From Perkinsela sp. CCAP 1560/9 (taxonomy: Eukaryota; Protista; Euglenozoa: Kinetoplastea), in NCBI GenBank assembly GCA_965644495.1, contig CBFFSA010000018.1, forward strand, positions 182,952 through 246,951: 64,000 bases of DNA, in the 5' to 3' direction. The notes beneath the pieces were generated by a model that saw only the letters and a program-made list of their open reading frames with translations, searched no databases and was not told where the DNA came from. Shown here piece by piece: positions 45,201-60,200 of this stretch; the first letter of the stretch is position 1, and every line of letters starts with the position of its first letter. A program made the translations under genes and the position numbers.

Positions 45201-48200
45201 TCGCGCAACGCAAATCCATCAACATTCGGAGCGCGCACTCACGAGTGCATAAATCTTATTTGGCGCACCGCTGCGTGCTGCGCGTGGTCTCAGCTTTCGG
45301 TTTTCAGAAAAAGGCATATCAAAGTTTTGCGACTTCACGACTTCAATCGAGGCGATTTGCGTGTGCGGTGCCTCGGATCGCGCAACGCAAATCCATCAAC
45401 ATTCGGAGCGCGCACTCACGAGTGCATAAATCTTATTTGGCGCACCGCTGCGTGCTGCGCGTGGTCTCAGCTTTCGGTTCTCAGAAAAAGGCATATCAAA
45501 GTTTTGTGACTTCACGACTTCAATCGAGGCGATTTGCGTGTGCGGTGCCTCGGATCGCGCAACGCAAATCCATCAACATTCGGAGCGCGCACTCACGAGT
45601 GCATAAATCTTATTTGGCGCACCGCTGCGTGCTGCGCGTGGTCTCAGCTTTCGGTTCTCAGAAAAAGGCATATCAAAGTTTTGCGACTTCACGACTTCGA
45701 TCGCGGCGATTTGCGTGTGCGGTGCCTCGGATCGCGCAACGCAAATCCATCAACATTCGGAGCGCGCACTCACGAGTGCATAAATCTTATTTGGCGCACC
45801 GCTGCGTGCTGCGCGTGGTCTCAGCTTTCGGTTTTCAGAAAAAGGCATATCAAAGTTTTGCGACTTCACGACTTCAATCGAGGCGATTTGCGTGTGCGGT
45901 GCCTCGGATCGCGCAACGCAAATCCATCAACATTCGGAGCGCGCACTCACGAGTGCATAAATCTTATTTGGCGCACCGCTGCGTGCTGCGCGTGGTCTCA
46001 GCTTTCGGTTCTCAGAAAAAGGCATATCAAAGTTTTGCGACTTCATGACTTCAATCGAGGCGATTTGCGTGTGCGGTGCCTCGGATCGCGCAACGCAAAT
46101 CCATAAACATTCGGAGCGCTCAATCACGAGTTCATAAATCTTATTTGGCGCACCGCTGCGTGCTGCGCGTGGTCTCAGCTTTCGGTTCTCAGAAAAAGGC
46201 ATATCAAAATTTTGTGACTTCACGACTTCAATCGCGGCGATTTGCGAGTGCGTTGTCTCGGATCGCGCAACGCAAATCCATCAACATTCACAGCGCACAC
46301 TCAAGAGTGCATAAATCCACTTTGGCGCACCGCTGCGTGCTGCGCGTGGTCTCAGCTTTCGGTTCTCAGAAAAAGGCATATCAAAGTTTTGTGACTTCAC
46401 GACTTCAATCGAGGCGATTTGCGTGTGCGGTGCCTCGGATCGCGCAACGCAAATCCATCAACATTCGGAGCGCGCACTCACGAGTGCATAAATCTTATTT
46501 GGCGCACCGCTGCGTGCTGCGCGTGGTCTCAGCTTTCGGTTCTCAGAAAAAGGCATATCAAAGTTTTGCGACTTCACGACTTCGATCGCGGCGATTTGCG
46601 TGTGCGGTGCCTCGGATCGCGCAACGCAAATCCATCAACATTCGGAGCGCGCACTCACGAGTGCATAAATCTTATTTGGCGCACCGCTGCGTGCTGCGCG
46701 TGGTCTCAGCTTTCGGTTCTCAGAAAAAGGCATATCAAAGTTTTGCGACTTCACGACTTCAATCGAGGCGATTTGCGTGTGCGGTGCCTCGGATCGCGCA
46801 ACGCAAATCCATCAACATTCGGAGCGCGCACTCACGAGTGCATAAATCTTATTTGGCGCACCGCTGCGTGCTGCGCGTGGTCTCAGCTTTCGGTTTTCAG
46901 AAAAAGGCATATCAAAGTTTTGCGACTTCACGACTTCAATCGAGGCGATTTGCGTGTGCGGTGCCTCGGATCGCGCAACGCAAATCCATCAACATTCGGA
47001 GCGCGCACTCACGAGTGCATAAATCTTATTTGGCGCACCGCTGCGTGCTGCGCGTGGTCTCAGCTTTCGGTTCTCAGAAAAAGGCATATCAAAGTTTTGC
47101 GACTTCACGACTTCAATCGAGGCGATTTGCGTGTGCGGTGCCTCGGATCGCGCAACGCAAATCCATCAACATTCGGAGCGCGCACTCACGAGTGCATAAA
47201 TCTTATTTGGCGCACCGCTGCGTGCTGCGCGTGGTCTCAGCTTTCGGTTTTCAGAAAAAGGCATATCAAAGTTTTGCGACTTCACGACTTCAATCGAGGC
47301 GATTTGCGTGTGCGGTGCCTCGGATCGCGCAACGCAAATCCATCAACATTCGGAGCGCGCACTCACAAGTGCATAAATCTTATTTGGCGCACCGCTGCGT
47401 GCTGCGCGTGGTCTCAGCTTTCGGTTCTCAGAAAAAGGCATATCAAAGTTTTGCGACTTCACGACTTCGATCGCGGCGATTTGCGTGTGCGGTGCCTCGG
47501 ATCGCGCAACGCAAATCCATCAACATTCGGAGCGCGCACTCACGAGTGCATAAATCTTATTTGGCGCACCGCTGCGTGCTGCGCGTGGTCTCAGCTTTCG
47601 GTTTTCAGAAAAAGGCATATCAAAGTTTTGCGACTTCACGACTTTAATCGAGGCGATTTGCGTGTGCGGTGCCTCGGATCGCGCAACGCAAATCCATAAA
47701 CATTCGGAGCGCTCAATCACGAGTTCATAAATCTTATTTGGCGCACCGCTGCGTGCTGCGCGTGGTCTCAGCTTTCGGTTCTCAGAAAAAGGCATATCAA
47801 AATTTTGTGACTTCACGACTTCAATCGCGGCGATTTGCGAGTGCGTTGTCTCGGATCGCGCAACGCAAATCCATCAACATTCGCAGCGCACACTCAAGAG
47901 TGCATAAATCCACTTTGGCGCACCGCTGCGTGCTGCGCGTGGTCTCAGCTTTCGGTTTTCAGAAAAAGGCATATCAAAGTTTTGTGACTTCACGACTTCA
48001 ATCGCGGCGATTCGCGTGTGCGTTGTCTCGGATCGCGCAACGCAAATCCATCAACATTCGGAGCGCGCACTCACGAGTGCATAAATCCACTTTGGCGCAC
48101 CGCTGCGTGCTGCGCGTGGTCTCAGCTTTCGGTTCTCAGAAAAAGGCATATCAAAATTTTGTGACTTCACGACTTCAATCGCGGCGATTTGCGAGTGCGT

Positions 48201-51200
48201 TGTCTCGGATCGCGCAACGCAAATCCATCAACATTCTCAGCGCACACTCAAGAGTGCATAAATCCACTTTGGCGCACCGCTGCGTGCTGCGCGTGGTCTC
48301 AGCTTTCGGTTTTCAGAAAAAGGCATATCAAAGTTTTGTGACTTCACGACTTCAATCGCGGCGATTCGCGTGTGCGTTGTCTCGGATCGCGCAACGCAAA
48401 TCCATCAACATTCGGAGCGCGCACTCAATAGTGCATAAGTCCACTTTGGCGCACCGCTGCTGCTGCGCGTGGTCTCAGTTTTTGGTTTTCAGAAAAAGGC
48501 ATATCAAAGTTTTGTGACTTCACGACTTCAATCGCGGCGATTCGCGTGTGCGTTGTCTCGGATCGCGCAACGCAAATCCATCAACATTCGGAGCGCGCAC
48601 TCACGAGTGCATAAATCCACTTTGGCGCACCGCTGCGTGCTGCGCGTGGTCTCAGCTTTCGGTTCTCAGAAAAAGGCATATCAAAATTTTGTGACTTCAC
48701 GACTTCAATCGCGGCGATTTGCGAGTGCGTTGTCTCGGATCGCGCAACGCAAATCCATCAACATTCGCAGCGCACACTCAAGAGTGCATAAATCCACTTT
48801 GGCGCACCGCTGCGTGCTGCGCGTGGTCTCAGCTTTCGGTTTTCAGAAAAAGGCATATCAAAGTTTTGCGACTTCACGACTTCGATCGCGGCGATTCGCG
48901 TGTGCGGTGCCTCGGATCGCGCAACGCAAATCCATCAACATTCGGAGCGCGCACTCACGAGTGCATAAATCTTATTTGGCGCACCGCTGCGTGCTGCGCG
49001 TGGTCTTAGCTTTCGGTTCTCAGAAAAAGGCATATCAAAGTTTTGCGACTTCACGACTTCGATCGCGGCGATTTGCGTGTGCGGTGCCTCGGATCGCGCA
49101 ACGCAAATCCATCAACATTCGGAGCGCGCACTCACGAGTGCATAAATCTTATTTGGCGCACCGCTGCGTGCTGCGCGTGGTCTCAGCTTTCGGTTTTCAG
49201 AAAAAGGCATATCAAAGTTTTGCGACTTCACGACTTCAATCGAGGCGATTTGCGTGTGCGGTGCCTCGGATCGCGCAACGCAAATCCATCAACATTCGGA
49301 GCGCGCACTCACGAGTGCATAAATCTTATTTGGCGCACCGCTGCGTGCTGCGCGTGGTCTCAGCTTTCGGTTCTCAGAAAAAGGCATATCAAAGTTTTGC
49401 GACTTCACGACTTCGATCGAGGCGATTTGCGTGTGCGGTGCCTCGGATCGCGCAACGCAAATCCATCAACATTCGGAGCGCGCACTCACGAGTGCATAAA
49501 TCTTATTTGGCGCACCGCTGCGTGCTGCGCGTGGTCTCAGCTTTCGGTTTTCAGAAAAAGGCATATCAAAGTTTTGCGACTTCACGACTTCAATCGAGGC
49601 GATTTGCGTGTGCGGTGCCTCGGATCGCGCAACGCAAATCCATCAACATTCGGAGCGCGCACTCACGAGTGCATAAATCTTATTTGGCGCACCGCTGCGT
49701 GCTGCGCGTGGTCTCAGCTTTCGGTTCTCAGAAAAAGGCATATCAAAGTTTTGTGACTTCACGACTTCAATCGAGGCGATTTGCGTGTGCGGTGCCTCGG
49801 ATCGCGCAACGCAAATCCATCAACATTCGGAGCGCGCACTCACGAGTGCATAAATCTTATTTGGCGCACCGCTGCGTGCTGCGCGTGGTCTCAGCTTTCG
49901 GTTCTCAGAAAAAGGCATATCAAAGTTTTGCGACTTCACGACTTCGATCGCGGCGATTTGCGTGTGCGGTGCCTCGGATCGCGCAACGCAAATCCATCAA
50001 CATTCGGAGCGCGCACTCACGAGTGCATAAATCTTATTTGGCGCACCGCTGCGTGCTGCGCGTGGTCTCAGCTTTCGGTTTTCAGAAAAAGGCATATCAA
50101 AGTTTTGCGACTTCACGACTTCAATCGAGGCGATTTGCGTGTGCGGTGCCTCGGATCGCGCAACGCAAATCCATCAACATTCGGAGCGCGCACTCACGAG
50201 TGCATAAATCTTATTTGGCGCACCGCTGCGTGCTGCGCGTGGTCTCAGCTTTCGGTTCTCAGAAAAAGGCATATCAAAGTTTTGCGACTTCATGACTTCA
50301 ATCGAGGCGATTTGCGTGTGCGGTGCCTCGGATCGCGCAACGCAAATCCATAAACATTCGGAGCGCTCAATCACGAGTTCATAAATCTTATTTGGCGCAC
50401 CGCTGCGTGCTGCGCGTGGTCTCAGCTTTCGGTTCTCAGAAAAAGGCATATCAAAATTTTGTGACTTCACGACTTCAATCGCGGCGATTTGCGAGTGCGT
50501 TGTCTCGGATCGCGCAACGCAAATCCATCAACATTCACAGCGCACACTCAAGAGTGCATAAATCCACTTTGGCGCACCGCTGCGTGCTGCGCGTGGTCTC
50601 AGCTTTCGGTTCTCAGAAAAAGGCATATCAAAGTTTTGTGACTTCACGACTTCAATCGAGGCGATTTGCGTGTGCGGTGCCTCGGATCGCGCAACGCAAA
50701 TCCATCAACATTCGGAGCGCGCACTCACGAGTGCATAAATCTTATTTGGCGCACCGCTGCGTGCTGCGCGTGGTCTCAGCTTTCGGTTCTCAGAAAAAGG
50801 CATATCAAAGTTTTGCGACTTCACGACTTCGATCGCGGCGATTTGCGTGTGCGGTGCCTCGGATCGCGCAACGCAAATCCATCAACATTCGGAGCGCGCA
50901 CTCACGAGTGCATAAATCTTATTTGGCGCACCGCTGCGTGCTGCGCGTGGTCTCAGCTTTCGGTTCTCAGAAAAAGGCATATCAAAGTTTTGCGACTTCA
51001 CGACTTCAATCGAGGCGATTTGCGTGTGCGGTGCCTCGGATCGCGCAACGCAAATCCATCAACATTCGGAGCGCGCACTCACGAGTGCATAAATCTTATT
51101 TGGCGCACCGCTGCGTGCTGCGCGTGGTCTCAGCTTTCGGTTTTCAGAAAAAGGCATATCAAAGTTTTGCGACTTCACGACTTCAATCGAGGCGATTTGC

Positions 51201-54200
51201 GTGTGCGGTGCCTCGGATCGCGCAACGCAAATCCATCAACATTCGGAGCGCGCACTCACGAGTGCATAAATCTTATTTGGCGCACCGCTGCGTGCTGCGC
51301 GTGGTCTCAGCTTTCGGTTCTCAGAAAAAGGCATATCAAAGTTTTGCGACTTCACGACTTCAATCGAGGCGATTTGCGTGTGCGGTGCCTCGGATCGCGC
51401 AACGCAAATCCATCAACATTCGGAGCGCGCACTCACGAGTGCATAAATCTTATTTGGCGCACCGCTGCGTGCTGCGCGTGGTCTCAGCTTTCGGTTTTCA
51501 GAAAAAGGCATATCAAAGTTTTGCGACTTCACGACTTCAATCGAGGCGATTTGCGTGTGCGGTGCCTCGGATCGCGCAACGCAAATCCATCAACATTCGG
51601 AGCGCGCACTCACAAGTGCATAAATCTTATTTGGCGCACCGCTGCGTGCTGCGCGTGGTCTCAGCTTTCGGTTCTCAGAAAAAGGCATATCAAAGTTTTG
51701 CGACTTCACGACTTCGATCGCGGCGATTTGCGTGTGCGGTGCCTCGGATCGCGCAACGCAAATCCATCAACATTCGGAGCGCGCACTCACGAGTGCATAA
51801 ATCTTATTTGGCGCACCGCTGCGTGCTGCGCGTGGTCTCAGCTTTCGGTTTTCAGAAAAAGGCATATCAAAGTTTTGCGACTTCACGACTTTAATCGAGG
51901 CGATTTGCGTGTGCGGTGCCTCGGATCGCGCAACGCAAATCCATAAACATTCGGAGCGCTCAATCACGAGTTCATAAATCTTATTTGGCGCACCGCTGCG
52001 TGCTGCGCGTGGTCTCAGCTTTCGGTTCTCAGAAAAAGGCATATCAAAATTTTGTGACTTCACGACTTCAATCGCGGCGATTTGCGAGTGCGTTGTCTCG
52101 GATCGCGCAACGCAAATCCATCAACATTCGCAGCGCACACTCAAGAGTGCATAAATCCACTTTGGCGCACCGCTGCGTGCTGCGCGTGGTCTCAGCTTTC
52201 GGTTTTCAGAAAAAGGCATATCAAAGTTTTGTGACTTCACGACTTCAATCGCGGCGATTCGCGTGTGCGTTGTCTCGGATCGCGCAACGCAAATCCATCA
52301 ACATTCGGAGCGCGCACTCACGAGTGCATAAATCCACTTTGGCGCACCGCTGCGTGCTGCGCGTGGTCTCAGCTTTCGGTTCTCAGAAAAAGGCATATCA
52401 AAATTTTGTGACTTCACGACTTCAATCGCGGCGATTTGCGAGTGCGTTGTCTCGGATCGCGCAACGCAAATCCATCAACATTCTCAGCGCACACTCAAGA
52501 GTGCATAAATCCACTTTGGCGCACCGCTGCGTGCTGCGCGTGGTCTCAGCTTTCGGTTTTCAGAAAAAGGCATATCAAAGTTTTGTGACTTCACGACTTC
52601 AATCGCGGCGATTCGCGTGTGCGTTGTCTCGGATCGCGCAACGCAAATCCATCAACATTCGGAGCGCGCACTCAATAGTGCATAAGTCCACTTTGGCGCA
52701 CCGCTGCTGCTGCGCGTGGTCTCAGTTTTTGGTTTTCAGAAAAAGGCATATCAAAGTTTTGTGACTTCACGACTTCAATCGCGGCGATTCGCGTGTGCGT
52801 TGTCTCGGATCGCGCAACGCAAATCCATCAACATTCGGAGCGCGCACTCACGAGTGCATAAATCCACTTTGGCGCACCGCTGCGTGCTGCGCGTGGTCTC
52901 AGCTTTCGGTTCTCAGAAAAAGGCATATCAAAATTTTGTGACTTCACGACTTCAATCGCGGCGATTTGCGAGTGCGTTGTCTCGGATCGCGCAACGCAAA
53001 TCCATCAACATTCGCAGCGCACACTCAAGAGTGCATAAATCCACTTTGGCGCACCGCTGCGTGCTGCGCGTGGTCTCAGCTTTCGGTTTTCAGAAAAAGG
53101 CATATCAAAGTTTTGCGACTTCACGACTTCGATCGCGGCGATTCGCGTGTGCGGTGCCTCGGATCGCGCAACGCAAATCCATCAACATTCGGAGCGCGCA
53201 ATCACGAGTGCATAAATCCACTTTGGCGCACCGCTGCGTGCTGCGCGTGGTCTCAGCTTTCGGTTCTCAGAAAAAGGCATATCAAAGTTTTGTGACTTCA
53301 CGACTTCAATCGCGGCGATTCGCGTGTGCGTTGTCTCGGATCGCGCAACGCTAATCCATCAACACTCGGAGCGCACACTCAAGAGTGCATAAATCCACTT
53401 TGGCGCACCGCTGCGTGCTGCGCGTGGTCCCAGCTTTCGGTTTTCAGAAAAAGGCATATCAAAGTTTTGCGACTTCACGACTTCGATCGCGGCGATTTGC
53501 GTGTGCGGTGCCTCGGATCGCGCAACGCAAATCCATCAACATTCGGAGCGCGCACTCACGAGTGCATAAATCTTATTTGGCGCACCGCTGCGTGCTGCGC
53601 GTGGTCTCAGCTTTCGGTTCTCAGAAAAAGGCATATCAAAGTTTTGCGACTTCACGACTTCAATCGAGGCGATTCGCGTGTGCGTTGTCTCGGATCGCGC
53701 AACGCAAATCCATCAACACTCGGAGCGCACACTCACGAGTGCATAAATCCACTTTGGCGCACCGCTGCGTGCTGCGCGTGGTCCCAGCTTTCGGTTTTCA
53801 GAAAAAGGCATATCAAAGTTTTGCGACTTCACGACTTCGATCGCGGCGATTTGCGTGTGCGGTGCCTCGGATCGCGCAACGCAAATCCATCAACATTCGG
53901 AGCGCGCAATCACGAGTGCATAAATCTTATTTGGCGCACCGCTGCGTGCTGCGCGTGGTCTCAGCTTTCGGTTCTCAGAAAAAGGCATATCAAAGTTTTG
54001 CGACTTCACGACTTCAATCGAGGCGATTTGCGTGTGCGGTGCCTCGGATCGCGCAACGCAAATCCATCAACATTCGGAGCGCGCACTCACGAGTGCATAA
54101 ATCCACTTTGGCGCACCGCTGCGTGCTGCGCGTGGTCTCAGCTTTCGGTTCTCAGAAAAAGGCATATCAAAATTTTGTGACTTCACGACTTCAATCGCGG

Positions 54201-57200
54201 CGATTTGCGAGTGCGTTGTCTCGGATCGCGCAACGCAAATCCATCAACATTCGCAGCGCACACTCAAGAGTGCATAAATCCACTTTGGCGCACCGCTGCG
54301 TGCTGCGCGTGGTCTCAGCTTTCGGTTTTCAGAAAAAGGCATATCAAAGTTTTGCGACTTCACGACTTCGATCGCGGCGATTCGCGTGTGCGGTGCCTCG
54401 GATCGCGCAACGCAAATCCATCAACATTCGGAGCGCGCAATCACGAGTGCATAAATCCACTTTGGCGCACCGCTGCGTGCTGCGCGTGGTCTCAGCTTTC
54501 GGTTCTCAGAAAAAGGCATATCAAAGTTTTGTGACTTCACGACTTCAATCGCGGCGATTCGCGTGTGCGTTGTCTCGGATCGCGCAACGCTAATCCATCA
54601 ACACTCGGAGCGCACACTCAAGAGTGCATAAATCCACTTTGGCGCACCGCTGCGTGCTGCGCGTGGTCCCAGCTTTCGGTTTTCAGAAAAAGGCATATCA
54701 AAGTTTTGCGACTTCACGACTTCGATCGCGGCGATTTGCGTGTGCGGTGCCTCGGATCGCGCAACGCAAATCCATCAACATTCGGAGCGCGCACTCACGA
54801 GTGCATAAATCTTATTTGGCGCACCGCTGCGTGCTGCGCGTGGTCTCAGCTTTCGGTTCTCAGAAAAAGGCATATCAAAGTTTTGCGACTTCACGACTTC
54901 AATCGAGGCGATTTGCGTGTGCGGTGCCTCGGATCGCGCAACGCAAATCCATCAACATTCGGAGCGCGCACTCACGAGTGCATAAATCTTATTTGGCGCA
55001 CCGCTGCGTGCTGCGCGTGGTCTCAGCTTTCGGTTTTCAGAAAAAGGCATATCAAAGTTTTGCGACTTCACGACTTCAATCGAGGCGATTTGCGTGTGCG
55101 GTGCCTCGGATCGCGCAACGCAAATCCATCAACATTCGGAGCGCGCACTCACGAGTGCATAAATCTTATTTGGCGCACCGCTGCGTGCTGCGCGTGGTCT
55201 CAGCTTTCGGTTCTCAGAAAAAGGCATATCAAAGTTTTGTGACTTCACGACTTCAATCGAGGCGATTTGCGTGTGCGGTGCCTCGGATCGCGCAACGCAA
55301 ATCCATCAACATTCGGAGCGCGCACTCACGAGTGCATAAATCTTATTTGGCGCACCGCTGCGTGCTGCGCGTGGTCTCAGCTTTCGGTTCTCAGAAAAAG
55401 GCATATCAAAGTTTTGCGACTTCACGACTTCGATCGCGGCGATTTGCGTGTGCGGTGCCTCGGATCGCGCAACGCAAATCCATCAACATTCGGAGCGCGC
55501 ACTCACGAGTGCATAAATCTTATTTGGCGCACCGCTGCGTGCTGCGCGTGGTCTCAGCTTTCGGTTTTCAGAAAAAGGCATATCAAAGTTTTGCGACTTC
55601 ACGACTTTAATCGAGGCGATTTGCGTGTGCGGTGCCTCGGATCGCGCAACGCAAATCCATCAACATTCGGAGCGCGCACTCACGAGTGCATAAATCTTAT
55701 TTGGCGCACCGCTGCGTGCTGCGCGTGGTCTCAGCTTTCGGTTCTCAGAAAAAGGCATATCAAAGTTTTGCGACTTCATGACTTCAATCGAGGCGATTTG
55801 CGTGTGCGGTGCCTCGGATCGCGCAACGCAAATCCATAAACATTCGGAGCGCTCAATCACGAGTTCATAAATCTTATTTGGCGCACCGCTGCGTGCTGCG
55901 CGTGGTCTCAGCTTTCGGTTCTCAGAAAAAGGCATATCAAAATTTTGTGACTTCACGACTTCAATCGCGGCGATTTGCGAGTGCGTTGTCTCGGATCGCG
56001 CAACGCAAATCCATCAACATTCGGAGCGCGCACTCACGAGTGCATAAATCCACTTTGGCGCACCGCTGCGTGCTGCGCGTGGTCCCAGCTTTCGGTTTTC
56101 AGAAAAAGGCATATCAAAGTTTTGCGACTTCACGACTTCGATCGCGGCGATTTGCGTGTGCGGTGCCTCGGATCGCGCAACGCAAATCCATCAACATTCG
56201 GAGCGCGCACTCACGAGTGCATAAATCTTATTTGGCGCACCGCTGCGTGCTGCGCGTGGTCTCAGCTTTCGGTTCTCAGAAAAAGGCATATCAAAGTTTT
56301 GCGACTTCACGACTTCAATCGAGGCGATTTGCGTGTGCGGTGCCTCGGATCGCGCAACGCAAATCCATCAACATTCGGAGCGCGCACTCACGAGTGCATA
56401 AATCTTATTTGGCGCACCGCTGCGTGCTGCGCGTGGTCTCAGCTTTCGGTTTTCAGAAAAAGGCATATCAAAGTTTTGCGACTTCACGACTTCAATCGAG
56501 GCGATTTGCGTGTGCGGTGCCTCGGATCGCGCAACGCAAATCCATCAACATTCGGAGCGCGCACTCACGAGTGCATAAATCTTATTTGGCGCACCGCTGC
56601 GTGCTGCGCGTGGTCTCAGCTTTCGGTTCTCAGAAAAAGGCATATCAAAGTTTTGTGACTTCACGACTTCAATCGAGGCGATTTGCGTGTGCGGTGCCTC
56701 GGATCGCGCAACGCAAATCCATCAACATTCGGAGCGCGCACTCACGAGTGCATAAATCTTATTTGGCGCACCGCTGCGTGCTGCGCGTGGTCTCAGCTTT
56801 CGGTTCTCAGAAAAAGGCATATCAAAGTTTTGCGACTTCACGACTTCGATCGCGGCGATTTGCGTGTGCGGTGCCTCGGATCGCGCAACGCAAATCCATC
56901 AACATTCGGAGCGCGCACTCACGAGTGCATAAATCTTATTTGGCGCACCGCTGCGTGCTGCGCGTGGTCTCAGCTTTCGGTTTTCAGAAAAAGGCATATC
57001 AAAGTTTTGCGACTTCACGACTTTAATCGAGGCGATTTGCGTGTGCGGTGCCTCGGATCGCGCAACGCAAATCCATCAACATTCGGAGCGCGCACTCACG
57101 AGTGCATAAATCTTATTTGGCGCACCGCTGCGTGCTGCGCGTGGTCTCAGCTTTCGGTTCTCAGAAAAAGGCATATCAAAGTTTTGCGACTTCATGACTT

Positions 57201-60200
57201 CAATCGAGGCGATTTGCGTGTGCGGTGCCTCGGATCGCGCAACGCAAATCCATAAACATTCGGAGCGCTCAATCACGAGTTCATAAATCTTATTTGGCGC
57301 ACCGCTGCGTGCTGCGCGTGGTCTCAGCTTTCGGTTCTCAGAAAAAGGCATATCAAAATTTTGTGACTTCACGACTTCAATCGCGGCGATTTGCGAGTGC
57401 GTTGTCTCGGATCGCGCAACGCAAATCCATCAACATTCGCAGCGCACACTCAAGAGTGCATAAATCCACTTTGGCGCACCGCTGCGTGCTGCGCGTGGTC
57501 TCAGCTTTCGGTTTTCAGAAAAAGGCATATCAAAGTTTTGTGACTTCACGACTTCAATCGCGGCGATTCGCGTGTGCGCTGTCTCGGATCGCGCAACGCA
57601 AATCCATCAACATTCGGAGCGCGCACTCAATAGTGCATAAGTCCACTTTGGCGCACCGCTGCTGCTGCGCGTGGTCTCAGTTTTTGGTTTTCAGAAAAAG
57701 GCATATCAAAGTTTTGTGACTTCACGACTTCAATCGCGGCGATTCGCGTGTGCGTTGTCTCGGATCGCGCAACGCAAATCCATCAACATTCGGAGCGCGC
57801 ACTCACGAGTGCATAAATCCACTTTGGCGCACCGCTGCGTGCTGCGCGTGGTCTCAGCTTTCGGTTCTCAGAAAAAGGCATATCAAAATTTTGTGACTTC
57901 ACGACTTCAATCGCGGCGATTTGCGAGTGCGTTGTCTCGGATCGCGCAACGCAAATCCATCAACATTCGCAGCGCACACTCAAGAGTGCATAAATCCACT
58001 TTGGCGCACCGCTGCGTGCTGCGCGTGGTCTCAGCTTTCGGTTTTCAGAAAAAGGCATATCAAAGTTTTGCGACTTCACGACTTCGATCGCGGCGATTCG
58101 CGTGTGCGGTGCCTCGGATCGCGCAACGCAAATCCATCAACATTCGGAGCGCGCAATCACGAGTGCATAAATCCACTTTGGCGCACCGCTGCGTGCTGCG
58201 CGTGGTCTCAGCTTTCGGTTCTCAGAAAAAGGCATATCAAAGTTTTGTGACTTCACGACTTCAATCGCGGCGATTCGCGTGTGCGTTGTCTCGGATCGCG
58301 CAACGCTAATCCATCAACACTCGGAGCGCACACTCAAGAGTGCATAAATCCACTTTGGCGCACCGCTGCGTGCTGCGCGTGGTCCCAGCTTTCGGTTTTC
58401 AGAAAAAGGCATATCAAAGTTTTGCGACTTCACGACTTCGATCGCGGCGATTTGCGTGTGCGGTGCCTCGGATCGCGCAACGCAAATCCATCAACATTCG
58501 GAGCGCGCACTCACGAGTGCATAAATCTTATTTGGCGCACCGCTGCGTGCTGCGCGTGGTCTCAGCTTTCGGTTCTCAGAAAAAGGCATATCAAAGTTTT
58601 GCGACTTCACGACTTCAATCGAGGCGATTCGCGTGTGCGTTGTCTCGGATCGCGCAACGCAAATCCATCAACACTCGGAGCGCACACTCACGAGTGCATA
58701 AATCCACTTTGGCGCACCGCTGCGTGCTGCGCGTGGTCCCAGCTTTCGGTTTTCAGAAAAAGGCATATCAAAGTTTTGCGACTTCACGACTTCGATCGCG
58801 GCGATTTGCGTGTGCGGTGCCTCGGATCGCGCAACGCAAATCCATCAACATTCGGAGCGCGCACTCACGAGTGCATAAATCTTATTTGGCGCACCGCTGC
58901 GTGCTGCGCGTGGTCTCAGCTTTCGGTTCTCAGAAAAAGGCATATCAAAGTTTTGCGACTTCACGACTTCAATCGAGGCGATTTGCGTGTGCGGTGCCTC
59001 GGATCGCGCAACGCAAATCCATCAACATTCGGAGCGCGCACTCACGAGTGCATAAATCTTATTTGGCGCACCGCTGCGTGCTGCGCGTGGTCTCAGCTTT
59101 CGGTTTTCAGAAAAAGGCATATCAAAGTTTTGCGACTTCACGACTTCAATCGAGGCGATTCGCGTGTGCGTTGTCTCGGATCGCGCAACGCAAATCCATC
59201 AACACTCGGAGCGCACACTCACGAGTGTATAAATCCACTTTGGCGCACCGCTGCGTGCTGCGCGTGGTCCCAGCTTTCGGTTTTCAGAAAAAGGCATATC
59301 AAAGTTTTGCGACTTCACGACTTCGATCGCGGCGATTTGCGTGTGCGGTGCCTCGGATCGCGCAACGCAAATCCATCAACATTCGGAGCGCGCAATCACG
59401 AGTGCATAAATCTTATTTGGCGCACCGCTACGTGCTTCGCGTGGTCTCAGCTTTCGGTTTTCAGAAAAAGGCATATCAAAGTTTTGTGACTTCACGACTT
59501 CAATCGAGGCGATTTGCGTGTGCGGTGCCTCGGATCGCGCAACGCAAATCCATCAACATTCGGAGCGCGCACTCACGAGTGCATAAATCTTATTTGGCGC
59601 ACCGCTGCGTGCTGCGCGTGGTCTCAGCTTTCGGTTCTCAGAAAAAGGCATATCAAAGTTTTGCGACTTCACGACTTCAATCGAGGCGATTTGCGTGTGC
59701 GGTGCCTCGGATCGCGCAACGCAAATCCATCAACATTCGGAGCGCGCACTCACGAGTGCATAAATCTTATTTGGCGCACCGCTGCGTGCTGCGCGTGGTC
59801 TCAGCTTTCGGTTTTCAGAAAAAGGCATATCAAAGTTTTGCGACTTCACGACTTCAATCGAGGCGATTTGCGTGTGCGGTGCCTCGGATCGCGCAACGCA
59901 AATCCATCAACATTCGGAGCGCGCACTCACGAGTGCATAAATCTTATTTGGCGCACCGCTGCGTGCTGCGCGTGGTCTCAGCTTTCGGTTTTCAGAAAAA
60001 GGCATATCAAAGTTTTGTGACTTCACGACTTCAATCGCGGCGATTCGCGTGTGCGTTGTCTCGGATCGCGCAACGCAAATCCATCAACATTCGGAGCGCG
60101 CAATCACGAGTGCATAAATCCACTTTGGCGCACCGCTGCTGCTGCGCGTGGTCTCAGTTTTTGGTTTTCAGAAAAAGGCATATCAAAGTTTTGTGACTTC